Positions 1 through 9,172 of a DNA stretch of 64,000 nucleotides are shown here, in pieces. The notes beneath the pieces are model-generated. The model had not been told where the DNA came from, searched no databases, and worked only from the letters and a program-made list of their open reading frames with translations. The position numbers and the translations under genes were made by a program. Source of the stretch: Candidatus Krumholzibacteriota bacterium (GTDB lineage Bacteria > Krumholzibacteriota > Krumholzibacteriia > Krumholzibacteriales > Krumholzibacteriaceae); the NCBI GenBank assembly GCA_030667985.1, contig DAOUUU010000002.1, positions 9,653 through 73,652 on the forward strand, written 5' to 3'. How positions within the stretch are numbered: the first letter of the stretch is position 1; each line of letters opens with the position of its first letter.

Positions 1-1
1 C

Positions 2-808
2 AAAGGGCACGAGTTCGGTATACTGAGGGCGAATGCCCGCGGGCGCATCACCGAGTTCAGGGAAAAACCGCGTGGCCAGTACCTGACCGAGATGAAGACC
101 GATACGAGCAGGCTCGGGCTCTCCGCCCAGGAGGCCCGCCGCCGCCCCTATCTAGGCTCTATGGGTATTTACCTCTTCAAGCACAAGGCGCTCAAGGAGA
201 CGCTGGGCGCGGAGGCGCACGTTGTCGACTTCGCCAGGGAACTGATACCGGGGGCGTTGAAGGGGCTCAAAGTTCAGGCGTATCTCTACGACGGTTACTG
301 GGAGGATATCGGGACGATAGGCGCTTTCTACAGGGCGCATCGCGATCTCATCACGGCCGTGCCCAGATTCAACCTCTTCGACGGCAACTTTCCCATCTAT
401 ACGCACACCCGTTTCCTGCCGGGCATCAAGGTGAACAGGGGCGAGATCGAGCGGTCGATCCTGAACGACGGAGGGATCATTGAGCGCTCGGTGATCAAGC
501 GCTCGGTCATAGGTGTACGCTCGCGTATAGGCGCGCGGACCTCGATAGAGGACTCGCTCGTCATGGGGGCCGATTACTTCGATGAAACGGAGGTCTGCGG
601 GCAGAGGATGCCGCCGGTCGGGATCGGGAAAGGCTGCAGGATAAGAAAGGCGATCATCGACAAGAACGTCCGCATCGGGGACAAGGTGGTCCTGGAGAAC
701 AGAAAGAAGCTCCGGAGCTACGACGATCCTGAGGAGCGGTTCTATATACGGAACGGAATCATAGTGGTGGTCAAGGGCGCCGTCATAGAGGACGGGTTCG
801 TAGTTTGA
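2..808 (+). CDS. glgC: glucose-1-phosphate adenylyltransferase, C-terminal part (5' end lies outside the window)
   Basis: Reading frame is open from base 2 (KGHEFGILRANARGRITEFREKP...). Motifs YWEDIGTIGAFYRAHRDLI plus a C-terminal left-handed beta-helix (hexapeptide repeats) are typical of GlgC. Stop is TGA at 806-808. Confidence 0.8.
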   Translation, partial: KGHEFGILRANARGRITEFREKPRGQYLTEMKTDTSRLGLSAQEARRRPYLGSMGIYLFKHKALKETLGAEAHVVDFARELIPGALKGLKVQAYLYDGYWEDIGTIGAFYRAHRDLITAVPRFNLFDGNFPIYTHTRFLPGIKVNRGEIERSILNDGGIIERSVIKRSVIGVRSRIGARTSIEDSLVMGADYFDETEVCGQRMPPVGIGKGCRIRKAIIDKNVRIGDKVVLENRKKLRSYDDPEERFYIRNGIIVVVKGAVIEDGFVV

Positions 809-1292
809 AGAAGCGCTCGACGCTCGTCGGATTCATCGGATCGATCGCCCGCGTCTCTTCGCTCGCCTCGAAGCCGTGCTTTGAGTATAGATGATGGGCG
901 TTCTCGAAGAGGACGTCGGACCAGAGGACGACACCGGGGTAGCCCTTGTCCCGCGCCCAGGATATCACCGTCTTGATCAGTGTGCTTCCGAGCCCTCTCC
1001 CCCGCTTTCCCTTGTCGACATAGAGGCGTTTCAGTTCGCAGGTCTCGCCGTCGAGGGGAAGGACACCGATCGCCCCCGAGACCTCGCCTCCGTCATCGAC
1101 AACCCAGAACTCGCCTCCCGCATCCTGGTAGGTTTCCTCGATATCGGCCAGGTCATGATCGAACTGCTCGAAATCCATCGTATAATTGTAATCGTCATAG
1201 ATCGATTTGATGATGTTGACGATGGCGGGGCGGTCCTCCGGGCGGTAGCGTCGCACAAAAGGAGTATGTTCATCTTTTCTGGATCTGTCCAT
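783..1292 (-). CDS. GNAT family N-acetyltransferase
   Basis: 169 aa. Acetyl-CoA binding motif (RGRGLGSTLIKTVISWARDKGYPGVVLW) has the Q/RxxGxG/A pattern of GNAT folds. Convergent with glgC with a small overlap; start is uncertain. Confidence 0.65.
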   Translation of the reverse strand: MDRSRKDEHTPFVRRYRPEDRPAIVNIIKSIYDDYNYTMDFEQFDHDLADIEETYQDAGGEFWVVDDGGEVSGAIGVLPLDGETCELKRLYVDKGKRGRGLGSTLIKTVISWARDKGYPGVVLWSDVLFENAHHLYSKHGFEASEETRAIDPMNPTSVERFFKLRTRPL

Positions 1293-1304
1293 CTAGAGTC
1301 CGTT

Positions 1305-3059
1305 TCAGCGACGGCTCTTCGAGCCCGTCCCCCGGTAGCGGTTCGTGATCGGGAGCCTCCGGTCGCGCCCGAATGCCTTGGGCGTGATCTTTATTCCCGG
1401 AGGAGCCTGGCGGCGTTTGTACTCGTTCATGTCGATCATGCGGACCATCCGCTGCACCGTCTTCCTGTCCAGCCCGCGCGAGACGATCTCGTCTATCGAG
1501 AGATCCCGCTCGACGTAGAGCTCGATGATCGTATCGAGTATCCGGTAGGGCGGTAGTGTGTCCTGATCCGTCTGATCCGGCTTGAGCTCGGCGCTGGGTT
1601 TGCGGGTTATCGTCGAACGGGGGATAAGGGCCCTGTGCGCCTTGCGGTTGCGGTAGCGGCAGAGTGTGTAGACGAGAGTCTTGGGGACATCCTTCAGCAC
1701 GGCGAAGCCGCCGGCCGTATCGCCGTATAGGGTGCAGTAACCGACGGCGATCTCGCTCTTGTTGCCTGTCGTGAGTACCAGCCAACCGAATTTGTTCGAG
1801 AGGGCCATGAGCAGGTTGCCCCTTATGCGCGCCTGTATGTTTTCCTCGGTCACATCCTCCCGCTTCCCCCTGAACGACTCTTCCAGTACCGAGAGGTATG
1901 AATCGAAGATGGGATCTATTCCCATCTCGAGCAGATCTATGCCGAGGTTTTTTGCGAGCATCCTCGCGTCGGCGAGGGTGGCGGCCGATGTGTAGGGTGA
2001 AGGCATCGTGAGAGCGTGTACCCGTTTGCGGCCGAGAGCATCGACAGCGACGGCCGCTGTGAGCGCTGAGTCGATCCCGCCGCTCAACCCTAGAACTACG
2101 CCGTCGAAACCGTTCTTATCGACATAGTCGCGTGTGCCCAGAACGAGGGCGCGGTAGATTTCCTCGTCCGGTTTTGGATGCAAGGGGGTGCGTCTTTTTG
2201 CCTGCGGCCGCGTCCGAGGGGTGGTGAGCGGCCTGAGATTGCGGGTGACGAGCCGAACGCCAGGATCGGCCTTGCGCCTTCTCGCGTCTCGAGGCCCTCT
2301 CTCCGGATCTATATCGGCGATGACCAGGTCCTCCTCGAAGGGCCTGCACCGTGCTATGGTCTTTCCGTCCGGGCCCGCGAGGACGCTGCTGCCGTCGAAG
2401 ACGAGCTCGTCCTGGCCGCCGATGAGGTTCACGTAGGCGAGGTAGCAGCGGTTTTCCCTCGCCCTCCTCCGCATCAGCCTCTCCCGCGCGGGGCCCTTCC
2501 GGCGGTGGTAGGGCGAGGCGGAGATATTAAAGACGATCCGCGCTTCGCCCGGCCCGGTCTGCAGCGGTGTCGGGCCGTCGTCGGCCCATATGTCCTCGCA
2601 GATGCTGATGCCGACTGCGAGCGTGCCGAAGCGGCAGACGAGCGCTTCCTCTCCGGCCTGGAAGTAGCGCTTCTCGTCGAAGACGCCGTAGTTGGGCAGG
2701 TGTATCTTGCGGTACCGCGCCGCGATCTTCCCGCCCGCCAGAACCGCGCATGTGTTGTAGGGTTTTTGACCGTTCCGTTCGGGGGCTTCTGGAGCGCCGA
2801 CCAGGAGCACGATTCCGCGTGCGCTCGTAGCGAGGCGCATGAGAGCCGCTTCGCAATCCTTCAGGAAACGGGGTTTCAGCAATAGGTCCTCAGGCGGATA
2901 TCCGCAGAGCGTGAACTCGGGAAACGCGAGGATCTGGACCCCGGCCTGTTTTGCCTCGCGGGTCATCTCCCTGATCCCGGCGGCATTGCCCTCCAGATCC
3001 CCGACGGCGGGGTTGATCTGGGCCAGGCCGATCCGCACTGTCCGATTCTTGCTTGTCAT
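1305..3059 (-). CDS. nadE: glutamine-dependent NAD+ synthetase (N-terminal CN-hydrolase domain plus C-terminal NAD synthetase domain)
   Basis: 584 aa. N-terminal nitrilase-like part (VRIGLAQINPAVGDLEGN, FPEFTLCGYPPEDLL). C-terminal PP-loop (GLSGGIDSALTAAVAVDALG). Confidence 0.9.
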   Translation of the reverse strand: MTSKNRTVRIGLAQINPAVGDLEGNAAGIREMTREAKQAGVQILAFPEFTLCGYPPEDLLLKPRFLKDCEAALMRLATSARGIVLLVGAPEAPERNGQKPYNTCAVLAGGKIAARYRKIHLPNYGVFDEKRYFQAGEEALVCRFGTLAVGISICEDIWADDGPTPLQTGPGEARIVFNISASPYHRRKGPARERLMRRRARENRCYLAYVNLIGGQDELVFDGSSVLAGPDGKTIARCRPFEEDLVIADIDPERGPRDARRRKADPGVRLVTRNLRPLTTPRTRPQAKRRTPLHPKPDEEIYRALVLGTRDYVDKNGFDGVVLGLSGGIDSALTAAVAVDALGRKRVHALTMPSPYTSAATLADARMLAKNLGIDLLEMGIDPIFDSYLSVLEESFRGKREDVTEENIQARIRGNLLMALSNKFGWLVLTTGNKSEIAVGYCTLYGDTAGGFAVLKDVPKTLVYTLCRYRNRKAHRALIPRSTITRKPSAELKPDQTDQDTLPPYRILDTIIELYVERDLSIDEIVSRGLDRKTVQRMVRMIDMNEYKRRQAPPGIKITPKAFGRDRRLPITNRYRGTGSKSRR

Positions 3060-3263
3060 AAACCGTCCGCCTCAAAGGCCTTATCATGTTTGTATCATTG
3101 ATCGCGCCCCTTATCGGGACGTACACATTGTGTATTGTATCACCGAACCGCCCGCCGTAAAAGCGCATATTGACGGGCGCCCCTTCCCATGCAACAAAAA
3201 GGTTTCGCGGCCGTATGAGAGGTATTAGCGGGAGAAAAAAGCTTTTATCGAAAGGATGGAATC

Positions 3264-4508
3264 ATGAGGAGATCAGTGATATCCCTGACCGCGGTGTTTC
3301 TGGTTGTCTTTGCGTCCTCGCTCATCGTATTCGCCGGAGAGGCGGAGAAGACGATCGAGAACCAGTTCGGGATCGAGGCGGGAAAGAGACTCGTGCTCGA
3401 TATAGAGACGGGCGGCGAGATAATCGTAACTGGATGGGACAAGGATCTCGTGAAGGTCGTCGTCGATCTGGACGGCAAAGATTGCGAATACTTCGAGATC
3501 GACTTCGACGAATCGTCGAAGGGGCTCGAGATAGAGACCGAGTATTCGAAGAACAAGATCCGTCACTGCGGCGTCGATATCCAGATCATGGTGCCGGCCG
3601 TGTTCGATATCAAGATCGAGTCGATGGGCGGCGATCTGAAGATCGAGAAGGTCGACGGCGAGTTCAAGGGAAGGACGATGGGCGGCGATATCGAGCTGCT
3701 CGAACTCAAGGGCGAGGTGGCGCTCACCACCTATGGCGGCGATATAGATGTGAAAAACTCGAAGCTCGACGGCAAGGTCAAGACGATGGGTGGAGATATC
3801 ATTATCAGCGAGGTCGAGGGTGATATCAAGGGGTCGAGCATGGGTGGCGATGTCACCTATCACAAGGTCACCGGCGGCAAGGAGAGCGAGGAGGTCTCCG
3901 TTACGACGATGGGCGGAGACATAAACCTCGATTACGCAGGCAAGTACGTCAAGGCGAAGACCTTCGGCGGCGATGTCAATGTCGTCCACGGAGAAGAAGT
4001 CAATGTGATGACCCTGGGCGGCGACATCGAGGTCGATGACGCTCCCCTCGGAGCCAAGGTCAAAACGATGGGCGGCGACATTCATGTAGGCAAGGTCGGC
4101 GTCTACGCGAAGGCTTCGACGATGGGCGGCGACATCAAGGTCGACGCGGTTGACGGATGGGTGGAAGCCTCGACTATGGGCGGCGACGTGACCGTAACGA
4201 TGGTCGGAGATCCCGGCACGGGCGAGCGTCACGTCGAGCTCAAGTCCATGGGCGGCACCCTGGAAGTGATCTTGCCCGATGGCCTCTCGATGGATTTTGA
4301 TATCGAGCTCGCCTATACGAAGAATGCCAAGCGCAAGTACAAGATCATCTGCGATTTTGATATCGAGCTCGAAGAGACGGACAAGTGGGAGAACAGCTGG
4401 GGATCGAAGAGAAAATATATATACGGAACAGGCACCGTCGGGGGCGGCGAGCACAAGATCACGCTCAAGACGGTCAACGGGGATATCATTATAAAGAAGG
4501 GCAAGTAG
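3264..4508 (+). CDS. secreted DUF4097-like ('putative adhesin') beta-strand repeat protein
   Basis: Signal peptide (MRRSVISLTAVFLVVFASSLIVFA), followed by about 13 tandem 18-aa units centred on (T/S)MGGDI. The long antisense ORF 3273..4667 is judged spurious. Confidence 0.6.
   Translation: MRRSVISLTAVFLVVFASSLIVFAGEAEKTIENQFGIEAGKRLVLDIETGGEIIVTGWDKDLVKVVVDLDGKDCEYFEIDFDESSKGLEIETEYSKNKIRHCGVDIQIMVPAVFDIKIESMGGDLKIEKVDGEFKGRTMGGDIELLELKGEVALTTYGGDIDVKNSKLDGKVKTMGGDIIISEVEGDIKGSSMGGDVTYHKVTGGKESEEVSVTTMGGDINLDYAGKYVKAKTFGGDVNVVHGEEVNVMTLGGDIEVDDAPLGAKVKTMGGDIHVGKVGVYAKASTMGGDIKVDAVDGWVEASTMGGDVTVTMVGDPGTGERHVELKSMGGTLEVILPDGLSMDFDIELAYTKNAKRKYKIICDFDIELEETDKWENSWGSKRKYIYGTGTVGGGEHKITLKTVNGDIIIKKGK
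3600..4265 (+). repeat. tandem 54-bp periodic coding repeat (atgggcggcga(t/c)at core, about 12-13 copies) inside the DUF4097-like gene
   Basis: The motif recurs at about 3624, 3679, 3785, 3839, 3908, 4068, 4122, 4176 and 4248. A 19-bp direct repeat gattttgatatcgagctcg lies further downstream at 4296 and 4354. Confidence 0.55.
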
Positions 4509-4535
4509 ACATATCGCCGGCATTGCGCTCCGGCT

Positions 4536-4590
4536 GAAAGAAAAGGGGGAGGCCGCTATTGCCCGGTTTCCCCCTTTCTTTGTCTTGAGG
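4536..4590 (+). terminator. rho-independent terminator-like hairpin downstream of the DUF4097-like gene
   Basis: gaaagaaaagggggag...loop ggccgctattgcccggtt...tccccctttctttg. About 13-bp imperfect stem followed by a T-rich tract (tttctttgtctt). Confidence 0.45.
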
Positions 4591-4713
4591 CCATCCGGAC
4601 AGCCGAATATGACCCTGCCCCTCGTAAAACGGGGGCGTTTCCGTATTTTTTCCGGATGTAAGTACATAAATTAAAATATATTGCAGCTTATTGTGGAATT
4701 AGCAGGATAATTG

Positions 4714-4742
4714 TTGACAAAAACGGGGTTTTGCCTGATAAT
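4714..4742 (+). promoter_or_regulatory. sigma-70-like promoter (TTGACA-N17-GATAAT) upstream of the Lrp-family gene
   Basis: TTGACA at 4714-4719, 17-nt spacer, GATAAT at 4737-4742. An AT-rich region is immediately upstream. Confidence 0.4.
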
Positions 4743-4789
4743 GTTCGAGGCAATTAAGCCAGATACCAATCGTGAAGCCGGGAGTCACT

Positions 4790-5329
4790 ATGGCGGCCGA
4801 GAACAGCGGGTTACACCCCGCCGATAAGCGGATTCTGGAGGTGCTCCAGAACAAGGGGCGCATACCCAATGTTCAGCTCGCAGGCGAGGTGGGCCTCAGC
4901 CCCTCCGCCGTCCTCGATCGTGTTCGCAAGCTCGAGGAGCGGGGCATCATCAAGAAGTATGTGGCCCTGGTCGACAACAAGCTCGTCGGTCTCGGGACCG
5001 TCGCCTACGTCGCCGTTTCGCTCAACTTGCATCAGAAGGATTCGATAGAGAATTTCCACCGGTTCGTCGAGGGGTGCGCGAAGGTGCTCGAGTGCCACCA
5101 CGTTGCGGGCACGGAGGATTATCTTCTCAAGGTCTACTGCCACGACATAGATGACTATGAGCATTTTCTGCTTACCGCGCTAACGAGGATCGAAGGCGTC
5201 GACCGGGTGAAGACGATGTTCGTCCTCTCGACGCTGAAGCGTGAAACGGCCATACCGCTCGAATTTGGAGACGAAAGCAGGGCGTGCATGGAGATGAAGG
5301 AGAATTTAAGCAGGAATAACACCGAGTGA
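4790..5329 (+). CDS. Lrp/AsnC family transcriptional regulator
   Basis: HTH_AsnC motif (ILEVLQNKGRIPNVQLAGEVGLSPSAVLDRVRKLEERGIIKKYVALVD) followed by a RAM/ligand-binding domain. ATG at 4790 with GGAG 5 nt upstream; the ORF track starts at an upstream GTG (4772). Confidence 0.8.
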   Translation: MAAENSGLHPADKRILEVLQNKGRIPNVQLAGEVGLSPSAVLDRVRKLEERGIIKKYVALVDNKLVGLGTVAYVAVSLNLHQKDSIENFHRFVEGCAKVLECHHVAGTEDYLLKVYCHDIDDYEHFLLTALTRIEGVDRVKTMFVLSTLKRETAIPLEFGDESRACMEMKENLSRNNTE

Positions 5330-5430
5330 CGGGAGGCGCCGCAGGACATCGGGCGGAGGATTTCCCGCGAGCCGGAAAAACAGGAAAGCAAGAACCCCGG
5401 CTTTGAGGCCGGACGAAAGGAGGCAGCAGC

Positions 5431-6618
5431 ATGAGTAAGCACAAATTCGACACGATCGCTGTGAAGGGGGGCTTTGGGTGGGACGAACAACTCCGGTACC
5501 GAACCATGGCGCCGCCCCTCATCCAGAGCGCCGTGTTCCCGTACGAGTCGGCCGAATGGGCGGCCGACCTCTACAGCTACAAGATCGAAGGATTCGCTTA
5601 CGGGCGGATCAACAATCCGACCAATGATATCTTCGAGAAACGGATGGCGTTGCTCGAAGGAGGCGAGGCGTCGCTGGCGACGTCGAGCGGCATGGCCGCC
5701 GTTTTCATGGTGGCTCACCATCTCGTCGAGGCGGGGGAAGAGATCACATCGTCGGTGCGTGTCTATGGCGGCACACAGCAGCTCTTCGAGACCTCATGCC
5801 CGCGTATGGGTATCAAGACCAACTGGGTGCTCGAACCGGACAAGATAGAGAGCTGGGAAAAGGCGATCACGCCCAAGACGAAGCTCCTGCATGTCGAATC
5901 GCCTAGCAACCCGAATCTTTTCGTCGCTGACCTGCCGGCGATCATTGAACTCGCGAAGAAGAGGGGAATCCCGCTGATGGTCGACAACACGATCTGCACG
6001 CCTGCGCTGATGCGGCCGATCGAGATGGGTGCCGATATCGTCATCCATTCGGCGACCAAGTATATCAGCGGCAACGCGACGAGCCTCTCCGGCGTCATCG
6101 TTGCCAAGAAAGAATTCATCGACCATATTCGCCACACAGGATACAGGAACATAGGGCCCTCTATATCGCCCTTCAACTCCTGGCTCTGCCTTCTCGGTCT
6201 CGAGAGTCTCTCTCTCAGGATGAAAAAGCACTCGGACAACGCGATGGCGATCGCGAAGTTTCTTGAGAAGCATCCCAAGATCGAAGCGGTCAGCTATCCG
6301 GGCCTTCCCTCCCACCCTCAGCACGAGGCTGCGAAGAAGACGATGAGTGCCTTCAGCTCGATGATGAGCTTCAATGTGAAAGGTGGTCTCGATGCAACGC
6401 GCAAGGTTATCGATAATCTCTCGATCGCCGTTCACACGACACACCTCGGCTCTTCACAGACTGTGGCGATCCAGCCCGCCGCAACGACTCACTTCCAGCT
6501 CGGACCGGAGGATCGCGCAAAGGCGGGCGTTCCCGACAACATGATCCGATACTCGGCCGGGCTCGAGGATGAGAACGACCTCATGGAGGATCTCGATAAC
6601 GCGCTGAATGCTGTATGA
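5431..6618 (+). CDS. metY: Cys/Met-metabolism PLP-dependent enzyme, O-acetylhomoserine sulfhydrylase-like
   Basis: 395 aa. PLP-lysine motif SATKYISGNATS and overall gamma-family layout. RBS AAAGGAGG 8 nt upstream. Sits next to hom and an Lrp regulator. Confidence 0.75.
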   Translation: MSKHKFDTIAVKGGFGWDEQLRYRTMAPPLIQSAVFPYESAEWAADLYSYKIEGFAYGRINNPTNDIFEKRMALLEGGEASLATSSGMAAVFMVAHHLVEAGEEITSSVRVYGGTQQLFETSCPRMGIKTNWVLEPDKIESWEKAITPKTKLLHVESPSNPNLFVADLPAIIELAKKRGIPLMVDNTICTPALMRPIEMGADIVIHSATKYISGNATSLSGVIVAKKEFIDHIRHTGYRNIGPSISPFNSWLCLLGLESLSLRMKKHSDNAMAIAKFLEKHPKIEAVSYPGLPSHPQHEAAKKTMSAFSSMMSFNVKGGLDATRKVIDNLSIAVHTTHLGSSQTVAIQPAATTHFQLGPEDRAKAGVPDNMIRYSAGLEDENDLMEDLDNALNAV

Positions 6619-6649
6619 CCGAAAGTGAATGGATGCAAAGGAGGAAGCG

Positions 6650-7675
6650 ATGCATAAGCTGGCCTTGATAGGATTCGGAGTAGTCGGGCAGGGGCTTGCG
6701 AGGATCCTGCACGAAAAGCACGAGGAACTGAAAAAGAAATACGGATTCGAGTGCTCCATCGTGGCGGTAAGCGATCTCAACAAGGGCTCCGCCTTCAAGG
6801 CGGAAGGCCTTGACATCGAGAAACTGCTGGAGCTTGCCGAAAACGAATCGATCTCGCAGTACCCGGGCGCCGAGACGGGCTGGGACGCCATCAAGACGAT
6901 CAAGGAGTCGGGTGCCGAGACAATCGTCGAGGTGAGCTATACGGACATCGAGACGGGCGAACCCGCCTACTCCCACTTCAATGCGGCGCTCGAGGCGGGC
7001 AAGCATCTCGTCACGACCAATAAGGGCCCGACCGCCCTGTTTTTCAAGGAGCTGAGCGAACTGGCCGCATCCAGGGGAGTCGAATTCCGTTTCGAGGGCA
7101 CTGTCCTCGCCGGAACGCCCGCGCTGAACCTTGCCGAACTTTGCCTCGCAGGCAACGAGATCAGGGAGATACGCGGGATCATGAACGGAACGACCAATTT
7201 TATACTGACCAACATGGAACTGGGTAAGAGCTACGAGGATGCCCTGAAAGAGGCGCAGGAGCTCGGGTATGCCGAAGCGGTCCCCGATGCCGACGTCGAG
7301 GGATGGGACGCGCTCGCGAAAGTCGTGATCCTTTCAAAGAGCGTTATGGGTGCCGATATCGGCGTGAGTGATGTCGACCGGACCGGTATCACCGGTATCA
7401 GTATCGATGACGTGGAGAAGGCGAAGAAGGACGGAAAACGCTGGAAGCTGATCGGCAAGGTCACTCGCGATGGGGACAAGGTCACAGCGTCCGTCGCGCC
7501 GACGATGATCGATATCACGGATCCACTCGCCGCTGTCGGCGGCGCCACCAACGCGCTCACCTTCGTGACCGATCTGATGGGCGAAGTGACGATAGTCGGA
7601 GCGGGTGCGGGGAAGATAGAAACCGGCTTTTCCCTTCTCGTGGATCTTCTGGAGATCGATAGAAGAGAAAAGTAA
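6650..7675 (+). CDS. hom: homoserine dehydrogenase
   Basis: N-terminal Rossmann GxGxxG (LALIGFGVVGQG) and catalytic-domain motif NGTTNFILTNM. ATG 6650 has RBS AAGGAGGA; the ORF track begins at an upstream ATG (6629) in the same frame. Confidence 0.85.
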   Translation: MHKLALIGFGVVGQGLARILHEKHEELKKKYGFECSIVAVSDLNKGSAFKAEGLDIEKLLELAENESISQYPGAETGWDAIKTIKESGAETIVEVSYTDIETGEPAYSHFNAALEAGKHLVTTNKGPTALFFKELSELAASRGVEFRFEGTVLAGTPALNLAELCLAGNEIREIRGIMNGTTNFILTNMELGKSYEDALKEAQELGYAEAVPDADVEGWDALAKVVILSKSVMGADIGVSDVDRTGITGISIDDVEKAKKDGKRWKLIGKVTRDGDKVTASVAPTMIDITDPLAAVGGATNALTFVTDLMGEVTIVGAGAGKIETGFSLLVDLLEIDRREK

Positions 7676-7759
7676 CCGAGCGAAGGGTGATTTAGTGGTG
7701 CCCGCTCTCCGTCGTAGAGCAGTGCGCCGCGCGCAGAACATCGAAAGGAATGATGGCCT

Positions 7760-9172
7760 ATGAAGATGCTGATCGCAGGCAAGTGGGTCGACAAGAAGGA
7801 GAAGATCGACGTAAAGAATCCATATGATGGTTCGATCATCGACACGGTGCCGGACGGCGACGCCAAGGATGTGGACAGGGCGATAGCATCGGCGGAAGAG
7901 GGCTATCGGATAAACCGGAACCTCCCGGTGCACGAGCGGATCAGGATACTGCTCGGAGCGGCGCGCATCGTAGAGGAGAAAGCGGAGGATTTCGCCAGGA
8001 CGATTGCGACCGAGGGAAGCAAAACGATCCGGGAAGCCAGAAAAGAGGTCGCGCGAGCCGTCCATACGATGACGATCTCCGCCGAGGAGGCCCGCCGTAT
8101 AGCCGGCGAGACGATCCCGTTCGATTCGATGCCGGGATCGGAGAATCGCGTCGGGTATTACTTCCGGTTTCCTATCGGTATCATAGCGGCGATCACGCCC
8201 TTCAACGATCCGCTGAACCTCGTTGCACACAAGCTAGGCCCCGCGATAGCGGCCGGGAACTCGGTCGTTCTAAAACCCGCGACCGTAACACCTCTCTCCG
8301 CGATCAAGCTCGGGGAGGCGCTGATGGAGGCTGGGCTGCCCGCGAACGTGCTCAACATCGTGACCGGCTACGGGGTCAAGATCGGCGATCCACTCGTCTC
8401 AGATCCGCGTATCCGCATGATCAGTTTCACCGGCGGTGTGGAAGCGGGCGAGCGCATAGTCAAGATGGCGGGACTGAAGAAGATCGGCATGGAGCTAGGC
8501 TCCAATACGCCGGTCATCGTCTGCGAGGACTGCGATCTCGACAAGGCAGTCGAGCTCAGCGTCTCGGGCGCCTTCTGGGCGGTCGGCCAGAACTGCATCG
8601 GCGTACAGCGCATCTACATCGAACAGGGGATCTACAAGCGCTTCGAGACCCTCTTCGTCGCCCGTACCCGGCAGATGAAGGTCGGCCCGCAGCTCGAAGA
8701 GGACACAGATATGGGTCCAATGATCACAGAGGGAGAGGCGGAACGGATCGAGAGATGGGTCGAGGACGCGGTGAAGAAGGGCGCTAAGGTGCTGACGGGC
8801 GGAAAGCGGAAGGGTTCGGCCTACGATCCAACCGTTCTGGCCGACGTGCCGGCCGGTTGCACGCTGGACAAGGAGGAGGTCTTCGCCCCCACGGTCAATC
8901 TCTATCCGGTCAAGGATCTCGACGAGGCGATCGCGAAGGCGAACGATGTGAAATTCGGTCTGCACGCGGGCATCTTCACGCAGGATATAAACAAGGCCTT
9001 CAAGGCGATCCGGGAGCTCGACGTCGGCGGTGTCATAGTGAACGATTCCTCCGACTACCGGATCGATATGATGCCGTTCGGCGGAGTGAAAAGGAGCGGG
9101 CTTGGCCGTGAAGGGATCAAGTTCGCCCTTCAGGAGATGACCGAGCCGCGGGTTGTCTGCTTCAATCTGTAG
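7760..9172 (+). CDS. NAD(P)-dependent aldehyde dehydrogenase family protein
   Basis: 470 aa. Catalytic Glu motif MELGSNTPVIV and Cys motif VGQNCIGVQRIY. N-terminal KNPYDGSII is typical of ALDH. Confidence 0.8.
   Translation: MKMLIAGKWVDKKEKIDVKNPYDGSIIDTVPDGDAKDVDRAIASAEEGYRINRNLPVHERIRILLGAARIVEEKAEDFARTIATEGSKTIREARKEVARAVHTMTISAEEARRIAGETIPFDSMPGSENRVGYYFRFPIGIIAAITPFNDPLNLVAHKLGPAIAAGNSVVLKPATVTPLSAIKLGEALMEAGLPANVLNIVTGYGVKIGDPLVSDPRIRMISFTGGVEAGERIVKMAGLKKIGMELGSNTPVIVCEDCDLDKAVELSVSGAFWAVGQNCIGVQRIYIEQGIYKRFETLFVARTRQMKVGPQLEEDTDMGPMITEGEAERIERWVEDAVKKGAKVLTGGKRKGSAYDPTVLADVPAGCTLDKEEVFAPTVNLYPVKDLDEAIAKANDVKFGLHAGIFTQDINKAFKAIRELDVGGVIVNDSSDYRIDMMPFGGVKRSGLGREGIKFALQEMTEPRVVCFNL

Noticed and set aside
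1270-1785. 171-aa ORF overlapping nadE in another frame
   Set aside because: It is Arg/Gln/Asp-rich low-complexity translation of the nadE antisense/out-of-frame sequence.
3273-4667. 464-aa ORF on the minus strand fully overlapping the DUF4097-like gene
   Set aside because: It is antisense to a gene that has a clear signal peptide and a periodic repeat. The translated product is low-complexity (Asp/Leu/His-rich) with no recognisable motif. This is a typical high-GC antisense artefact.
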